DNA of 64,000 nucleotides from Patescibacteria group bacterium (GTDB lineage: Bacteria; Patescibacteriota; Patescibacteriia; Patescibacteriales; UBA12465): positions 389,518 through 453,517 of the forward strand of contig JBAZBP010000001.1 of the NCBI GenBank assembly GCA_041671365.1, given 5' to 3'. Positions 56,158-64,000 of this stretch are shown here, piece after piece. Position 1 is the first letter of the stretch. Each line of letters begins with the position of its first letter. The translations under genes and the position numbers were made by a program. The notes beneath the pieces were generated by a model. That model was not told the DNA's origin, made no database searches, and worked only from the letters and a program-made list of their open reading frames with translations.

Positions 56158-57429
56158 TTATTCGTAACGTAAAGCCTCGATCGGATCTAATCTGGCAGCC
56201 TTAAAGGCGGGATATAAACCGAAGATAATGCCAGTTAAAATTGACACACCTACGGCCAAAATAATCGAAGTTAAGGAAATTACAAAAGCCCAATCATAAC
56301 CCAGATATTTCATTAAAATAGAAATAGCGTAAGACACTATAATTCCAATGATAATTCCGAATATTCCTCCCAGGGCAGTCAGCGTGCCGGCTTCTAACAG
56401 AAATTGTTTAAGAATTGATATATTATTAGCTCCAACCGCCTTGCGTAGTCCTATTTCTCGAGTACGCTCGCCGACGGTCGCCAGCAAAATATTGAAAATT
56501 CCAATACCGCCGACAACTAAAGAAATAGCCGCCATAGCCGTCAAAAACAAACGTAAAGCATCAGTAATGGTCGATAAAAGACTAATCGCTTCAGCCGTAC
56601 TGCGAATTGTATAGTCTATGTCGGTTTCAGTTTTAATATGATGACGTTCATCTAAAACCAGGCCTACATCGGTCATGGTTTGATCAATATTCTCTGCCGA
56701 ATCAACTTTGATATTTATAGCTTGTAAATAATGAATACCTAAAATTTGTTGCTGTCCGATAGTCAGCGGTAAAAAAACTTGATCGTCTTGATCTTGAAAA
56801 AAAGAGGTACCGCGCGGTTCAATGACCCCGATTACTCTCAAGGGGATACCGCCCACCTTAGGATTGAGTGCGCTTTTTATTTTAATAATTTGACCTAAAG
56901 GATTGATTCCCGTATTAGCAAATAATTCAGCGGCCACGGTGGCGCCTAAGACAGCAACGTTGGCACCGCCAGAATCCTGTTGGGCCGTAAAAAATTCACC
57001 GGCCGACATCGAAAAATTAACAACTTGCGGATAATATGAGTCGGTACCTAAAAAATTAGTATCAATAGTCTTATTTCCCCAAGTAACCGTGGCCGTTCCG
57101 CGAACATTCGCATTAATAGCGGCAGCGTGCGGAACTCGTCCGCTATCGCGTAAAACCACGGCATCATCATTAATCAATGTAGTCACGATTACTCCGAAAA
57201 TTTGAGCGGGCGGACCCTTCTCGTTGCTTTTGCCCGGTTGAACGCTAAGCAGATTAGAACCAAGTTTCGTTACTTGTCCTAATACCAAGGTTTGAGCTCC
57301 GGCGCCCAGAGCAATAATAATAATAACCCCGGCTACACCAATCATAATTCCCAGAATGGTCAAAAACGATCGGCCTTTTCTAGCCAAAAGAATGCGAAAT
57401 ACTAATTTAATGGTAGAAAAAAAATTCAC
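56158..57429 (-). CDS. ABC transporter permease, MacB/FtsX type (paralog)
   Basis: ERTREIGLRKAVGA and a C-terminal DPIEALRYE. Confidence 0.8.
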   Translation of the reverse strand: MNFFSTIKLVFRILLARKGRSFLTILGIMIGVAGVIIIIALGAGAQTLVLGQVTKLGSNLLSVQPGKSNEKGPPAQIFGVIVTTLINDDAVVLRDSGRVPHAAAINANVRGTATVTWGNKTIDTNFLGTDSYYPQVVNFSMSAGEFFTAQQDSGGANVAVLGATVAAELFANTGINPLGQIIKIKSALNPKVGGIPLRVIGVIEPRGTSFFQDQDDQVFLPLTIGQQQILGIHYLQAINIKVDSAENIDQTMTDVGLVLDERHHIKTETDIDYTIRSTAEAISLLSTITDALRLFLTAMAAISLVVGGIGIFNILLATVGERTREIGLRKAVGANNISILKQFLLEAGTLTALGGIFGIIIGIIVSYAISILMKYLGYDWAFVISLTSIILAVGVSILTGIIFGLYPAFKAARLDPIEALRYE

Positions 57430-57436
57430 AGAATTC

Positions 57437-58153
57437 TTATTTAATTAGATCTTTGTCGGCCTCTGCCAAGGTTCGCTGTTTTACTAGATCATCATTAATA
57501 ATCAAACCATCTTTAATTTTAATAATACGTTTAGCATGATTAGCGGTATCAGTTTCATGGGTAACTAAAATAATTGTGCGCCCCTGATTATTTAATTGCT
57601 GTAAAAGATACATAACCGTATTTCCGGATTTAGAGTCCAAATTTCCCGTCGGTTCATCGGCAAAAATAACGGCCGGATCACAAACTAGGGCTCGAGCAAT
57701 AGCCACGCGCTGTTTTTCTCCACCCGAAATTTGATTAGTATAATAATTTAACCGGTGAGCCAAACCCACAGATTCTAAAGCTTTTTTAGCTAGAGCGTCA
57801 TGATTCTTTTTCTGGCTATACAACAGGGGCAATTTAACATTATCCAGAACCGAAGTTCGTGGTAATAAATTAAAAGACTGAAAAACAAAACCAATTCGTT
57901 CATTTCTTAAAACAGCTAAATAATTATCATCGAAATCTTTGGTATCCTGTCCATCAAAGGTATAAACGCCGGCTGTGGGTCGATCCAGAAAACTTAAAAT
58001 ATGCATCAAAGTTGACTTGCCGCTACCGGAGGGTCCCATAATAGCCACGAACTCTCCTTGATCAATTATAAAGTTAAGTTTATGCAAAACCGGAGTAATG
58101 ACGCCCTCACTATCATAGTTCTTTTCTAAATTATTAACTGAAATTAGATTCAT
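57437..58153 (-). CDS. ABC transporter ATP-binding protein (MacB/LolD/FtsE-like)
   Basis: [40 protein letters not shown]. Confidence 0.9.
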   Translation of the reverse strand: MNLISVNNLEKNYDSEGVITPVLHKLNFIIDQGEFVAIMGPSGSGKSTLMHILSFLDRPTAGVYTFDGQDTKDFDDNYLAVLRNERIGFVFQSFNLLPRTSVLDNVKLPLLYSQKKNHDALAKKALESVGLAHRLNYYTNQISGGEKQRVAIARALVCDPAVIFADEPTGNLDSKSGNTVMYLLQQLNNQGRTIILVTHETDTANHAKRIIKIKDGLIINDDLVKQRTLAEADKDLIK

Positions 58154-58190
58154 AGATAGAGTGAGTTAATAAACTATTGTATAAATAAAT

Positions 58191-59948
58191 TTATGGTTTA
58201 ATATAGGTCACAATTTCCTGGCCAGCCGATAAGCCGGAAATAATTTCAACCAAACCCCCGTCCGCTCGTAAACCGATTTGCACCGGCACTTGATGATAGT
58301 TTTTAGTTTGAGTGTTATCAATTATTCTAATATATGACTGATTGTTTTGATCGATGAGGGCGCTGCTAGGCACGGCTAAAACCTTATTTTTGCTGGCAAT
58401 CTCAATAGTCATGTTAACCGTCATGCCGGGTTTAATTTCGGGGATATTAGGCAAGGTGGCTTTTACTAAATAATCCACTACGCCTGAAATTACTGTTGAA
58501 GCCGGATCAATAGTCAGAATTTTTCCGCTAAAATGATTATCCGGGCCTAAAGCGTCAAAAGTATAATCGACTGTTTGGTCAATCTGCAAAGAAGCAATAT
58601 TTGCCTCACTCACGTACGACTCCGTATGAAGAGAATTAATATCCTGTAGAACTACTACCTCCTGCAGGGCGCTAACCTGCTGACCGATTTTAGTGTCGAC
58701 GGAAGTTATCGTTCCGTCTACAGGAGCTTTTAGATAAGTATTGTTTAAATTAGCCCGGGCGGCGTCTACTGTTCCTTGAGCTGATAGTATTTGCGCTTGT
58801 GCCATAGCAATATCGGTTGACTGAGCTTTAGCGCTTTGCTGGGCCAGAGTTGCTTGCGCTTGCTGCAAAGCGGCCTGAGCACTATTAATCTGATTTTGAG
58901 CAGAAGTTATTTGTTGCGTGGCCGTTAAGTTGGCATTTTCCACGGCATTCTTAGCGAGAGTTAAAGCATCGGTTAAGGCCTGCCGGGCAGAATTAATTAA
59001 AGAAATTCCGGAGTTTTCGCCGCTTAAACGACTACTAATAGTTGATTTATAAGCATCTAATTGGCTTTGACTGAATTTTTGGCTGACAATCGAATTTTGC
59101 AGAGCGGTGTAACAGGCATTAAGAGCTGTAATATTTTGATTTAAAACACTGGTCGCGTCATTAATGGCCTGATAAATATTGGTGTCGCTCTTATAAGCCT
59201 GGGCGGTAGCCAAGCTGGTGTTGGCTTGGGTCAATAAACCTTGCACTTGGCTGTTGGCATTTTTAAATTCACTTAAACTGGTCGAGTTGGCCACGCTGAA
59301 AGTATCCTTCAGATCGCTATCATTTAAAATTTTATTTTCTTCATCCAAATCCGACTTAACCGCGGCTAATTGATTAGCCAGAGTAACAATAATCGCTGAA
59401 CGTTTATTATCAGATTGGGTCATAGGCGACTCCAGATCGTCTAAAGTATTCTGAGCTTGATTAATGGCAGCGGCGGTTGACTCTTTAACGATATCTAATT
59501 GCTTTAAAGCATTATTATAGGCAACCGAGGCGGCATTAACCGCTTTTTGCGAAACATTAATCTGCTCTTTAGACGAACCGGCCACAACCTTATTATAGTT
59601 GGCTCGCGCCTGAGCGAGAGTTCCTTGAGCGCTGGTAACCGCCGCTTGAATACTGTCTTGATTCAAAGTTCCTAAAACATCTCCCGCCTTAACTTTGTCG
59701 CCGGATTTTACGCTTAAAGTTTTGACCACGCCACTCGTCTGAAAACTTAAATTAAGATTTACTTGGCTGACTACTTGGCCGGTAGTTAAAACAGTTGCCT
59801 GAATGTTTTGTTCTTTAACCGTATCAGTCTGAATATTAGTAGAGACGTTTTTACTTTTCGTTAAATAATACCAGGAGCCGACACCAATTAAAATAATTAC
59901 AACAAACCAAATAACTTTGCGGGCACTAAAAATTTTGCGTACATTCAT
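58191..59948 (-). CDS. HlyD/MacA-family membrane fusion (adaptor) protein with an unusually long coiled-coil hairpin
   Basis: N-terminal TM, lipoyl-like SGDKVKAGDVLGTL, about 300 aa of A/Q/N-rich coiled coil, C-terminal beta domains. Confidence 0.75.
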   Translation of the reverse strand: MNVRKIFSARKVIWFVVIILIGVGSWYYLTKSKNVSTNIQTDTVKEQNIQATVLTTGQVVSQVNLNLSFQTSGVVKTLSVKSGDKVKAGDVLGTLNQDSIQAAVTSAQGTLAQARANYNKVVAGSSKEQINVSQKAVNAASVAYNNALKQLDIVKESTAAAINQAQNTLDDLESPMTQSDNKRSAIIVTLANQLAAVKSDLDEENKILNDSDLKDTFSVANSTSLSEFKNANSQVQGLLTQANTSLATAQAYKSDTNIYQAINDATSVLNQNITALNACYTALQNSIVSQKFSQSQLDAYKSTISSRLSGENSGISLINSARQALTDALTLAKNAVENANLTATQQITSAQNQINSAQAALQQAQATLAQQSAKAQSTDIAMAQAQILSAQGTVDAARANLNNTYLKAPVDGTITSVDTKIGQQVSALQEVVVLQDINSLHTESYVSEANIASLQIDQTVDYTFDALGPDNHFSGKILTIDPASTVISGVVDYLVKATLPNIPEIKPGMTVNMTIEIASKNKVLAVPSSALIDQNNQSYIRIIDNTQTKNYHQVPVQIGLRADGGLVEIISGLSAGQEIVTYIKP

Positions 59949-59986
59949 AAAAAATAGCTATTAATTATTATTGTTTTATCAATATT

Positions 59987-60015
59987 ATTTTAGTAGCTAA
60001 ACTAAAAATTGTCAA
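59987..60015 (-). promoter_or_regulatory. sigma70-like promoter (TTGACA-17-TAAAAT) for the adaptor/ABC operon
   Basis: On the minus strand, -35 is at 60010-60015 and -10 at 59987-59992. Confidence 0.5.
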
Positions 60016-60082
60016 GCCTGAGTAAAGCAATTAAAATTTCCCTAAAATCGGCAAGAAATCTAATTTTTGTCTACCCCAGAGT

Positions 60083-61297
60083 TTACTTGTTTTTATTATA
60101 ATTAAACGTGTAAGATTGTTCAAAAGCCTTAACAAGGCTCTTTATATTAGTAATCATGACCGATTCGTCGTTTCTGAAGAAACCGTTAGAACTCCAATTA
60201 TTTGTTCCAAAAACCGCAATCCGATCATCAAGCACCAGAAGGTGGTGGTGTAGAAATGAATTTAGATCGTCGTCCGGTAAAATTTTAGCGATTTCTTGAT
60301 TTCTATTACTGTCAGTAATAATTTCTAAATTATTTAAATTTTGTCTATTTTTTTGAGCTGCTAATACTGGGAAAGCCGACCCGGTCGCCGACCAATTATA
60401 GTCATCGGTAATAATACTGACTGGTATTTGTTTTGACTTTAGGGCTAGCTCGGCCGCTACGTCCTTATCGGTTAAAGACCAGGTCATAATTTTTATATTA
60501 TCTCTAGAATTCCGAATTAAGTTTAGCATTCTATCTTTTATATTATTATCGACTAACCCGGGCGAAAACCAAATCTCAATAAAACCTTCTGGGTATCTTA
60601 TTAAGGCGGCGTAAGGATTATAATTAGCAGATTTCTTTACGCTGCCGTGTAGCCCTCCGGCTAAACGGTCAAATTCATCGCCAAAAAGACTAATTAATTC
60701 CGGCCGTTCGGTTGTTAATATGAAACTGGGGTCATATTTACCCTGGATATTCGTAAAATTATATGAACCAAAAAATAACTTTGGCTGAGCAGACCCGCGA
60801 TCAATCAGCAAAAATTTATGATGCATTGAACCGCCGTTTGAAGAAACAAAACTAATTTTCAAATTTTTGTGATTATTGACAAATAGATTCTCTATTCCGT
60901 TTTGATGCTTATCACTAAAAACCAAATCAACTGAAACGCCCCTGGCCGCCGCTCGATATAAGGCATCGCGGATAGCCGAATTATCCATAGAATACATGGC
61001 CAGCTCTATTTTATTTTTCGCCGCATCAAGGCCATTAACAATTAATTCCGAAAAGACATCCAAGCCTAATTCATCATTAAAATATAAATTTGCTGAAAAC
61101 GATTCGTTAACTTCGATAGTTCTGGCCGGTGGCGACGTTATTACTTCGCGATTTTGATACAATCTAAAAAAAGTTAAACCTAAATATAGGCATAAAATTA
61201 ACAGGAGGAGAGGCAGGGCGATAACAATAAATTTCTTATTAAAATTATCTCCAATTTTTATTTTAACTTTCCGTATTAAAATCTTTAGCCAGATCAT
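60083..61297 (-). CDS. membrane-anchored phospholipase D / Nuc-family protein with two HKD-type motifs
   Basis: K/R-rich N-terminus plus one TM. Motif 1 is HHKFLLID...GSYNFT (around 60804-60823). Motif 2 is HHHLLVLDDRIAVFGTNNWS (60196-60250), with His where the Lys is expected. Confidence 0.75.
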   Translation of the reverse strand: MIWLKILIRKVKIKIGDNFNKKFIVIALPLLLLILCLYLGLTFFRLYQNREVITSPPARTIEVNESFSANLYFNDELGLDVFSELIVNGLDAAKNKIELAMYSMDNSAIRDALYRAAARGVSVDLVFSDKHQNGIENLFVNNHKNLKISFVSSNGGSMHHKFLLIDRGSAQPKLFFGSYNFTNIQGKYDPSFILTTERPELISLFGDEFDRLAGGLHGSVKKSANYNPYAALIRYPEGFIEIWFSPGLVDNNIKDRMLNLIRNSRDNIKIMTWSLTDKDVAAELALKSKQIPVSIITDDYNWSATGSAFPVLAAQKNRQNLNNLEIITDSNRNQEIAKILPDDDLNSFLHHHLLVLDDRIAVFGTNNWSSNGFFRNDESVMITNIKSLVKAFEQSYTFNYNKNK

Positions 61298-62981
61298 AAT
61301 GTCTGTCGTACTTTAAATTAATATTTTTTTTATTGGCAAAAACAATCAGGATTGATTCCGGTAAATCTGAATCAATAATCTTTAATATCTTTTCAATATC
61401 TGGGTAGTTTAAATCGAGCCAGGCATTATCTATAATAATTAGTGATGGCCTGGCGACCAAACAATGCAAAGAATGCAAAGCAAAGGCGGCCACGTGGTTA
61501 GTCCAAATTTTATCAGCTGTCGAACTAAAATTATAATTAGTCGTCACGAGCCCGGTTAACAAGGGGTAGGCGGCCATAATTTTTAAAGCCCGATCAATCT
61601 CGGAAAAATCAGTTTCCTCCCGATCTGAACCCAAAATTAATTCCATCAAACTTTTTTGCGAATAAAAAAGCGGATCAAAAAAATATACTTTATTAAACTG
61701 CCGCTGATAATCAGAAAAATCCAGCCGGCGTCCGTCTAATTTAACTTTTATTGCTTTAGAACTATAAGTTTCGGCTCCAAAAAATAATTTAGCTAAAGTA
61801 GTTTTACCGGAAAGATTGGGACCATAAAATAAATAACGGCCTTTTTTTAGAAAATTAAAACATAAATTTCGGTAATATTTCCCAGTTTTTAGTAATTTTA
61901 CTTTTCGGCTATAAAAAGTAATCCCCTGCTTAATATCTAACACGTTATCACGACGTCGATATTTATTCATTTTGATATTGGTCAATGAAAAACCCAATTT
62001 AGCCGGAAAAAAATAAAGACCGACACGCAAAGCCTCATAGGCAACCCGGGATAAATAGATTAATAAAAAAGCATAGAGAAATTTAAGATCCGGACTAATT
62101 AAATTAATCCAGGAAATTAAATCATTATAAAAAAAATGGGTCAACATGGAAACGAACAAGAGTAAAATAAAAATTATTTTAAAACCCATTTTCATCCATA
62201 AATCCCGACGCACCCTAAAAATGGAATCAAATTTAACTAATGAATCGAATTTCTTTAAAATTATTGGCTCCAGATTAAAACTTTTTAAAAAATATTTTTC
62301 CGACAAGCTTAAATCAATATGTTTAATTATTTGAGAGTAAAAAGTAACTTCCTGAGAAACATATTTTTTAACTACAAAGTAAGCGGGAACCACAATAATT
62401 AGCGATAATATTAAAAAGCTAATTAAAATAATTAACATGTTAAAGCCGGCCAATGAGGCGACAATCACCGCCGAAATTACATAAATCAACCAGCGAATAA
62501 AACCAAAAAAGGAATTAGATATACCCATGGAGACTAGAGGCAGATGGTAAGAAATTTTAGCGATTAAGTCGGCTTGTTTCTCCGGCTTCATTTCTTCGAA
62601 CGGTCGCCCCAAGTAATTTCTAAAAATTCGACGACGAAGATAGTTAATCAAAAGAACCACTACCGTTTTTTCTTGTTTAATAGATAAAAAAGAATTGATA
62701 ATAAAAACGAGAAAAAATACCCAAAATATTTGCCAAAAAAATAAGCTCAAAGTCTTATCCCCGCCATAAACTAATTGATTTCGGCTAAAAACTATCAGAG
62801 AAGTCTCAATAATTCCCTGCGTAATTAGAAGCACTATTGTTCCTAGCAGAAGAAATCGCTGTTGTTTTAAAAAAATAAGCAGATAACTCGAATAAGGGTT
62901 AGGCCGATTAGCGACTTGGTTTTTATTACGGCTAACGCGGATTCTTTTTAATAACCGCATCTGCTCTTTAATGTTTATCAT
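61263..62981 (-). CDS. ABC-exporter-like protein (6-TM domain plus degenerate nucleotide-binding domain)
   Basis: The TM domain resembles type I exporters. Walker A is GPNLSGKTT (61797-61823). Walker B is LIIIDN, with Asn (61425-61427) where the catalytic Glu is expected. No LSGGQ signature and no H-loop His. Confidence 0.65.
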   Translation of the reverse strand: MINIKEQMRLLKRIRVSRNKNQVANRPNPYSSYLLIFLKQQRFLLLGTIVLLITQGIIETSLIVFSRNQLVYGGDKTLSLFFWQIFWVFFLVFIINSFLSIKQEKTVVVLLINYLRRRIFRNYLGRPFEEMKPEKQADLIAKISYHLPLVSMGISNSFFGFIRWLIYVISAVIVASLAGFNMLIILISFLILSLIIVVPAYFVVKKYVSQEVTFYSQIIKHIDLSLSEKYFLKSFNLEPIILKKFDSLVKFDSIFRVRRDLWMKMGFKIIFILLLFVSMLTHFFYNDLISWINLISPDLKFLYAFLLIYLSRVAYEALRVGLYFFPAKLGFSLTNIKMNKYRRRDNVLDIKQGITFYSRKVKLLKTGKYYRNLCFNFLKKGRYLFYGPNLSGKTTLAKLFFGAETYSSKAIKVKLDGRRLDFSDYQRQFNKVYFFDPLFYSQKSLMELILGSDREETDFSEIDRALKIMAAYPLLTGLVTTNYNFSSTADKIWTNHVAAFALHSLHCLVARPSLIIIDNAWLDLNYPDIEKILKIIDSDLPESILIVFANKKNINLKYDRHYDLAKDFNTES

Positions 62982-64000
62982 AATGGAATTTCTTGTACTG
63001 ATTATATAATGAGGTAATTTTTATGTCGACCAAGGATTTAAACAATCGGTGACGGTTACGGGGAGAATATCGTTTATAAAAAAATTTAGTGAGAATGGAA
63101 AAAAACTTTTCCGACATTTTTTTTATTTGACTTGAATTATTTATTTGGGATTTATCTTTAATAATTTTTAAAAACTGATTATTAAAATTTTTTTCCGGAT
63201 TAATCATTATTTTTTTTAAAAGTTTTTGTTTGGCCGAATCCTTCAGGTGTTGATAGGTTAAAATATTTTTCCAGACCGCTTCGTTCCTGGCGACAAAGGC
63301 CGGTTCCAATCCGATTATTCCGGAATTAAAGGTGTAGCCTAAAAAAACATATTTTTTTTGAGCCGCTCCAAAAAATAATTTTTTTCGATTAAGCTCAAGG
63401 CCGCGAGCCGATAAATCAACGGCCAACTCGCTTAATATTTTCCGAAGTTTATCTTTATCGGGATCTAAAAAGGCAATATCATCTCCGACTCTAATATAAA
63501 AAGCGGATTTAACTTGATATTTAAAATCTAAATCCGTCAAATATAAATTAGCAAAAAGCGCTATCAAGGGCACTCCCTGTACTAGTCCTTGTAAGGGTAT
63601 GTCGCGCTTCCCGTCTCGATATATTTGATTAAAAATAAACAAATGTAAAAGATCTAAAATTTTTTGATCACTAAAAAGTTTTTGTAGCTGTAAATACATG
63701 ATATTCCGATCAATCCGATCAGAATAATTTTTTAAATCTATAATTAAAGCCTGATCGGTCAAAAACTCCTTTCGATAGCGACGACAAAAAATACGAGCCG
63801 CTAAATACGGCGGCTTATCCGGTCGATATGAAAAAAGACGACTGGAAAAAGCGTCTTCAAATTTCGGTAAAACAACTCGATAGATAGCCTGAGCCTTAAT
63901 TCTTTCTTTAAGGTTGTATATAAAAATTTCTCGGTACTCTTCAGGCTTATTCCTTTTAGGAATTTTAATAGCCTGAGCCGGCTCGATTTCTCTTCTTTGC
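62968..64000 (-). CDS. reverse transcriptase, unclassified; N-terminus beyond the window edge
   Basis: The frame is open to position 64000; the track M at 63762 is an internal TTG. Hand translation upstream gives ...AIKIPKRNKPEEYREIFIYNLKERIKAQAIY...FSYRPDKPPYLAA... (RT motifs 1-2). Later motifs are IIDLKNYSDRID (3), LQGLVQGVPLIALFANLYLTDLD (4), FYIRVGDDIAF (5) and GLELNRKK...VFLGYTF (6-7). Confidence 0.8.
   Translation of the reverse strand, partial: QRREIEPAQAIKIPKRNKPEEYREIFIYNLKERIKAQAIYRVVLPKFEDAFSSRLFSYRPDKPPYLAARIFCRRYRKEFLTDQALIIDLKNYSDRIDRNIMYLQLQKLFSDQKILDLLHLFIFNQIYRDGKRDIPLQGLVQGVPLIALFANLYLTDLDFKYQVKSAFYIRVGDDIAFLDPDKDKLRKILSELAVDLSARGLELNRKKLFFGAAQKKYVFLGYTFNSGIIGLEPAFVARNEAVWKNILTYQHLKDSAKQKLLKKIMINPEKNFNNQFLKIIKDKSQINNSSQIKKMSEKFFSILTKFFYKRYSPRNRHRLFKSLVDIKITSLYNQYKKFHYDKH

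Noticed and set aside
62968-64000. RT as a group II intron-encoded protein
   Set aside because: No maturase/X-En domains are visible, the catalytic motif is VGDD rather than YADD, and the next gene starts 14 nt before the RT stop. That leaves no space for intron domains V-VI. The 5' side is off-window, so a degenerate relic cannot be fully excluded.
60083-64000. RT as part of a diversity-generating retroelement (DGRs are common in CPR genomes)
   Set aside because: Motif 4 lacks the DGR-typical (I/L)GxxxSQ. No Avd-like small gene and no template/variable repeat pair was noticed downstream. Upstream sequence is missing, so this is deprioritised rather than disproved.
1-64000. Alternative genetic code (UGA recoding, as in some CPR lineages)
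   Set aside because: TGA terminates tsaC at 9351-9353, exactly where the protein family ends. All conserved genes are full length under code 11, and TAA is simply the preferred stop.

Overview
AT-rich (about 35-40% G+C from hand counts of a few lines), gene-dense bacterial chromosome segment with standard code 11 (TGA is a stop at 9351-9353). Content points to a reduced-genome, CPR/Patescibacteria-like organism, which is an inference: trimmed housekeeping proteins, almost no Shine-Dalgarno sequences, a DUF4012 protein and GT4-rich envelope loci. Housekeeping genes include rsmI, metG, tsaC, pyrG, rpmA, dnaX, serS, gltX, rplJ-rplL and a clustered uvrB/CYTH/uvrA/ogt/uvrC set. There is also a cell-envelope glycan locus (29.6-44.3 kb) and a MarR plus MacAB/HlyD-type efflux operon. 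The strongest lead is at the right edge (60.1-64.0 kb): a reverse transcriptase, a degenerate ABC-exporter-like ATPase and a membrane-anchored two-HKD phospholipase-D-family protein. These three genes share a strand and have overlapping stop/start codons, a combination I cannot place in any RT system I know. Other leads: (1) a 28-bp dif-like site sits at the promoter of a single Xer recombinase, exactly where gene orientation flips from + to -, suggesting the replication terminus; (2) dnaX changes frame at an A7 run; (3) a three-gene island that is G+C-richer and uses Shine-Dalgarno sites encodes an outer-membrane-beta-barrel-like protein; (4) a secreted protein combines a GY repeat with a thrombospondin-type-1-like module; (5) a TagA-NUDIX fusion; (6) matched domain losses across UvrA, UvrB and UvrC. 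No rRNA, tRNA, CRISPR array or transposase was recognised.
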